NCBI RefSeq assembly: GCF_036321535.1 | Contig: NC_087436.1 | Coordinates: 16,616,001-16,680,000, forward strand | DNA: 64,000 nucleotides | DNA from: Camelus dromedarius | Lineage: Eukaryota | Direction of reading: 5' to 3' | Shown: in pieces, positions 59,645 through 64,000 of the stretch | How positions within the stretch are numbered: position 1 is the stretch's first letter | Layout: each line of letters begins with the position of its first letter | Notes under the pieces: generated by a model | What the model was told of the DNA's origin: nothing | Seen by the model: only the letters and a program-made list of their open reading frames with translations | Database searches by the model: none | Translations under genes and position numbers: made by a program

Positions 59645-62460
59645 TTATAATTGGGGACATCAACATCATGCTCTCAACGACTGATAAAATTACTAGATAG
59701 GACAATACAAGGATATAGAACTGGAAAACACCATCAAATGAAAGGAACGAATTGACACTTACAAGACCCTCTATCCAACAAAAACAGAATATGCATTCTT
59801 TCAAGCACCATGGAACATTTACCAAGATGGATCATATCCTGGGTCATAAAACAAACATTAAGCAATTTAAAGAGAAATCTCACAGAGTATGCTCTTCGAC
59901 CATAATGTAATGCAGCTAGAAATCGCTAACAGAAAGACAGCAGGAAAACCTCTAAGCACTTAGAAATGAAGCAACATGCTTCTGAATAACCCATGGGTCA
60001 AAGAGGAAATCTCAAAGGAAAACACATAAAACTGAATGAAAGTGAAAGCACAGTGTATCAACATTTGTGGATGCAACGAAAGCAGGGCTGGGAGGACTCA
60101 ATTCTGACATTAGAGAAGAGGGAAGATCTCAAATCAATAATCCGAGTTCCTTCCTCCAGAAATTAGAGTGACGACAGAAAAATGGACTGAAAGCAAGCAG
60201 AGGGATGGACAGCAAGTATCAAAGTAGCAGAAATCAGTGGAATTCAAAATAGGAAAACATTTAGAGAAAACCAGAGAAGTAAAAAGATGGTTCTTTGAAA
60301 ATAAACAAAATTGGTAAACTCCTACTAACACTGACAAAGATAAAAATAGAGAAGAAAGAAATGACCAGTATCTTTAATGACAAGGAATATAATTATGGAT
60401 TCTTCAGCCATTAAAAGGATAATAAGGGACAACTATGAACAACTTTATACTCATAAATTTGACGACTTAGAAGAAATGAACCAATTCCTCAAAAACCACA
60501 ATCTACTACAACTCAGCCAAGATGACACAGGTAACCTGAACAGGCTTCTAATAATGAAAGAAAGTGAATTTATTATTTAAAAACTCTTAAAAAAAAATAA
60601 ATACTCAGGCCCAGATGGCTTTATTGGGAAGTTTTATCAAATACTGAAAGAATTAACAAAACTTTTACACAATTTCTTCTAGAAAATAGAAGAGAAGGGA
60701 ACATGTCCCAGCTAATTTTATGAGGACAGAATTACCCTTGTATCAAAAAACTAGACAGATGCCCCCCAAAGAAAACTACAGACCAATAACTCTCATGAAC
60801 ATAGATGTAAATAACCTCAACATTTTAGCAAATTGAATACAGCAATGTGTAAGGAATAAGACACCATGTCCAGGTGGGATTTATTCCAGCATACAAGATG
60901 GTTCAGCACCTGAAACTCAGTCAACACAATACACCATATCAACTGGCTGAGGAAGAAAAATCACATGACCACACCAATTTGCAAAAAAAGCATTTGGCAA
61001 AATTCAACTCTCATTCATAGCAAAACTCTCAGTACTCTAGGGAAACAGGAGAATTTCCTCAGACTCATAAAAAGCATGAACAAAAAACTTAGAGCTAACA
61101 TCATACTTAACGATAAAAGCTTTTAGTACATGCTTTCCCTGTAAGATCAGGAACAAGCTAAGGATGTCTGCTCTCATCATTCTTATTAACATAGTGCCTG
61201 AAGTCCTAGTCAGTGAAAAAAGACCAAAGAAAGAAAGAAAGAAAGATAGAAACACATCCAGTTTGGAAAGGAAGAAATAAAACTGTCTTTCTTTGCAGAT
61301 GTCATGATTGTCTATGTAGAAAATCCCACGGGATCTAAGACAAATGAAAACTAATCCAAATTCCAAGTGCTAATGAGTGAGTTCAGTAAGGTCACAGAAT
61401 ACAATATTAGCACACAAAAATCAATAGCTTTTCTATATACTGACAACAAACAAGTGGAAACCAAAATTTAAAAACACAGTACCATTGTAGGGGAGGGTAT
61501 AGCTCAGTGGTAGAGTGCATGCTTAGCATGGACAAAGTCAATGGCTTTTAATCCCCAGTACCTTCATTAAAACAAACAAACAAACAAACCTAATTACTGC
61601 CTCCCTCCTCCAAAAAAATGCAAAACAATACAAAAAAAATTTTTTTAAAACCCTACAGTACCATTTATAGTTGCTCCAAATAAAATAAAATATTTAATTA
61701 TAAATCTGACACAACATGTACAGGATTGGTGTGATGAATATGATAAGATAGTGATGAAAGAAATCAAAGACTTAAATATTTGGAAAGACAGATTGCATTA
61801 AGGGACTGGAAGACTCAACAGAGTAAAACTGTCAGTGCTCCCTAAATTGTTAGATTTAACCCAATTCCTATCAATTTCAGCAAGGTTTTTTTTTTTTTTT
61901 GGTAGACATAAACAAGTTTATTCTAAAATTCAAATGGAAAGATGAGGGCTCTAGATTGGCTAAAATAATTTTGAAAAAGAAGAAGAAAATGGGAGGAAAC
62001 AATTCTTCTTGACGTTAAGGCTTACAATAGAACAACAGTATTCAAGAAGGTATGGATGGATGCACATAAGTCAGTGCAGCAGAACAGAGAACCCAGGAAT
62101 AGAGCTACACAAATATGAATAATTAATTTTTGACGAAGGAGCAAAAGCAATCCAATGGAAGAGTGATAGTTTTTTCAATAAGTGGTGCTGGAGCAGTTGA
62201 ATGCCCACAGCCAAAAAACCCTCAGAAGTCTATCTAAACCTCAAACTTTATACCAGAATGAATTCAAAACAGATTATGAACATAAATGTAAAACATAAAA
62301 CTAGAACATAAAACTTAAATGTAAAACATGGAACTTCTAGAAAAAGCAGCAGGAAGTCTTTGGGACCTAGGGTTAGGCAAAGAGTTCTTACACTTGACAT
62401 CAAAAGCATGAACCATAAAAGGACAAATTGATTAAACTGAACCTCACCGAAGTAAAAGCC
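59645..62460 (+). mobile_element. Old LINE-1 ORF2 remnant (endonuclease end through RT), decayed
   Basis: catggaacatttaccaagatggatcatatcctgggtcataaaac, track ORF 60377-60580 (YEQLYTHKFDDLEEMNQFL), and tttgcagatgtcatgattgtctatgtagaaaatcc (degenerate FADD region). Confidence 0.93.
61490..61650 (+). mobile_element. tRNA-derived SINE (Vic-1-like) nested in L1
   Basis: ggggagggtatagctcagtggtagagtgcatgcttagcatg..., with TSD ACAGTACCATT at 61476-61486 and 61655-61665. Confidence 0.93.
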
Positions 62461-63339
62461 TCACTGTGTTAATCACTAGGGCTTATTTTCCCTCATCGAT
62501 ATGACAGCCTCAAGCCACTGGTAAGTGAAACAAAAACAATGAATTCTGTGTACATATCACTAAAAGTATGTGAACAGTGCATTACTCCTGAGTCCTTGTT
62601 TGGGCTCTCAGAGTGGGCCTTTCGGAGTTGACTTTTAGTGGAGAGGAGATTGATTCTCTGTCACTGCAAGGACTTGTAGTGTGAGGGCATATAATAGGGG
62701 CACGATAGATGTTGGCTGAATTGAACTGAATTCTCTAGTCTTAGAGAAATCCTGTCACTGAAAGAGAATAGAGTTAATTCTCATAAGACAAGAAGTATTG
62801 CTTGCAAGTTCTTATTGACATATCTGAGCAGAGTGGATTCGAATACCTGCTTGCTGATACAACTAATGATCCATATTATTTTATTTTGTTTTCCCATGCA
62901 GGTTACCAGGGCTGATTCTAGGCAGAATTCTGAATTCAGAACACTGTGTCTTCATTTTCTTCCCCTTGCGACTTGATACTTATCCTTCGGTTAGAGGCCC
63001 CTGGACCCTCCCCTTTCCTCACTTCTCAGTGTATAAATGTTCAAGTCTGAACCCCATTGCCCCTAGGCAATTCTTGCTACTTCCTTAAAATTGACTAAGA
63101 AGATAAATAGTAGACAAATCATTTGTTTAATAAAATCAAACCCAGGCTAATGTGTTCTTTGAAAAAGGTTAAAACCCCAGCCCCCTTTCCTTCCTCAGTT
63201 GCATCTAATGATTGTCTTCTTGAGACCACACCTTTACCTAAACTCAAAGGAGTGATTTTTATGAGATTAAGTCAGAAAGAAGGAAAAGTGGTGGTCTCTT
63301 TATAGAAAAGGAAAGATACAGAGAGGGAACTGGTATTTT

Positions 63340-63480
63340 CGACTGCTTGATCTTTGCTAGGCATTTTGCTGCAAGCTGTATACATGATTTCATTAAACCC
63401 ACACACCGTCCCTATGACATATATGATGAAATTGAGACTTAAAGGAGGTTACGTAACCCCCCCAAGGGAAGAGAACACAT
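63340..63480 (-). mobile_element. MIR SINE
   Basis: ctaggcattttgct...tttcattaaacccacacaccgtccctatga...gatgaaattgagacttaaaggaggttacgtaac. Confidence 0.7.
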
Positions 63481-63516
63481 AGCAAAGTTGGACCTACATC
63501 CTCTCCACTGCATCTT

Positions 63517-63662
63517 TAAACAATTTTTTTTTAATTAAAAAAATTGTTTTGGGGGGGAGGTAATTAAGTTTACTTACTTATTTTTTGGAGGAGGCGCTGG
63601 GGTTTGAACAGGACCTCGTGCATGCTAAGCACGTGCTCTACCACTGAGCTATACCCTCCCCT
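63517..63662 (-). mobile_element. tRNA-derived SINE (Vic-1-like)
   Basis: aggacctcgtgcatgctaagcacgtgctctaccactgagctataccctcccc, with perfect TSD TCCACTGCATCTT at 63504-63516 and 63663-63675. Confidence 0.95.
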
Positions 63663-64000
63663 TCCACTGCATCTTAATGCAGTCTAAAGCTGAAATATTT
63701 TCCAGGTTACAGTGAGGCCCACTGACGCTGTAAGAAATGCAGGAAGGGCTTAGTGTCCATCTTCCAATCGTCAGAATTTCTTGGCGCATATGGGGCTCAC
63801 CCGTGAGTCTTTGCCTGCCTCTATGGAAGGGTGTCGATCTCACTGAGCATTCTGCATCTGGCAGCTCTGTGTCGGTATGGAGAGGACAAGAAAGGTTCCT
63901 GTAATCCTTAATTTGGACACTTTGAAAGTCAGTTATAAAAAAAGCCTTGGCTGGCTTTACTTGGAAGCCACTTTAATTGAACAAGAGGTTGATTTCCATC

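Noticed and set aside
61490..61562. tRNA-like sequence with A and B boxes (also at 27.5, 36.8 and 63.6 kb)
   Set aside because: These are SINE heads with A-rich tails and TSDs, not tRNA genes.

Overview
This is mammalian non-coding DNA, intronic or intergenic. It is most likely from a camelid (camel, alpaca or llama), because it carries four copies of a tRNA-derived SINE matching my recollection of the camelid Vic-1 head sequence. Much of the window is transposon-derived: young and old LINE-1 pieces, L2, MIR, MaLR and MLT2 LTRs, and hAT DNA-transposon fossils. The best-preserved L1 is a 2 kb copy with a decayed ORF2. I recognise no host protein-coding exon, RNA gene or CRISPR array, and I found no convincing new biological system. 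The track ORFs are either L1 ORF2 remnants or chance ORFs. The most notable observations are: a chimeric L1 inside one target-site duplication (TSD), a twin-priming L1 inversion, templated repeats at an L1 5' junction, a 41-bp dispersed direct repeat, two inverted repeats, a PBX/MEIS-motif minisatellite next to a candidate 16-nt microexon, a strong CTCF motif, small CpG clusters and possible exons near 57.5 kb. Repeat subfamily names come from remembered consensus sequences, not a database search, and boundaries of old repeats are approximate.
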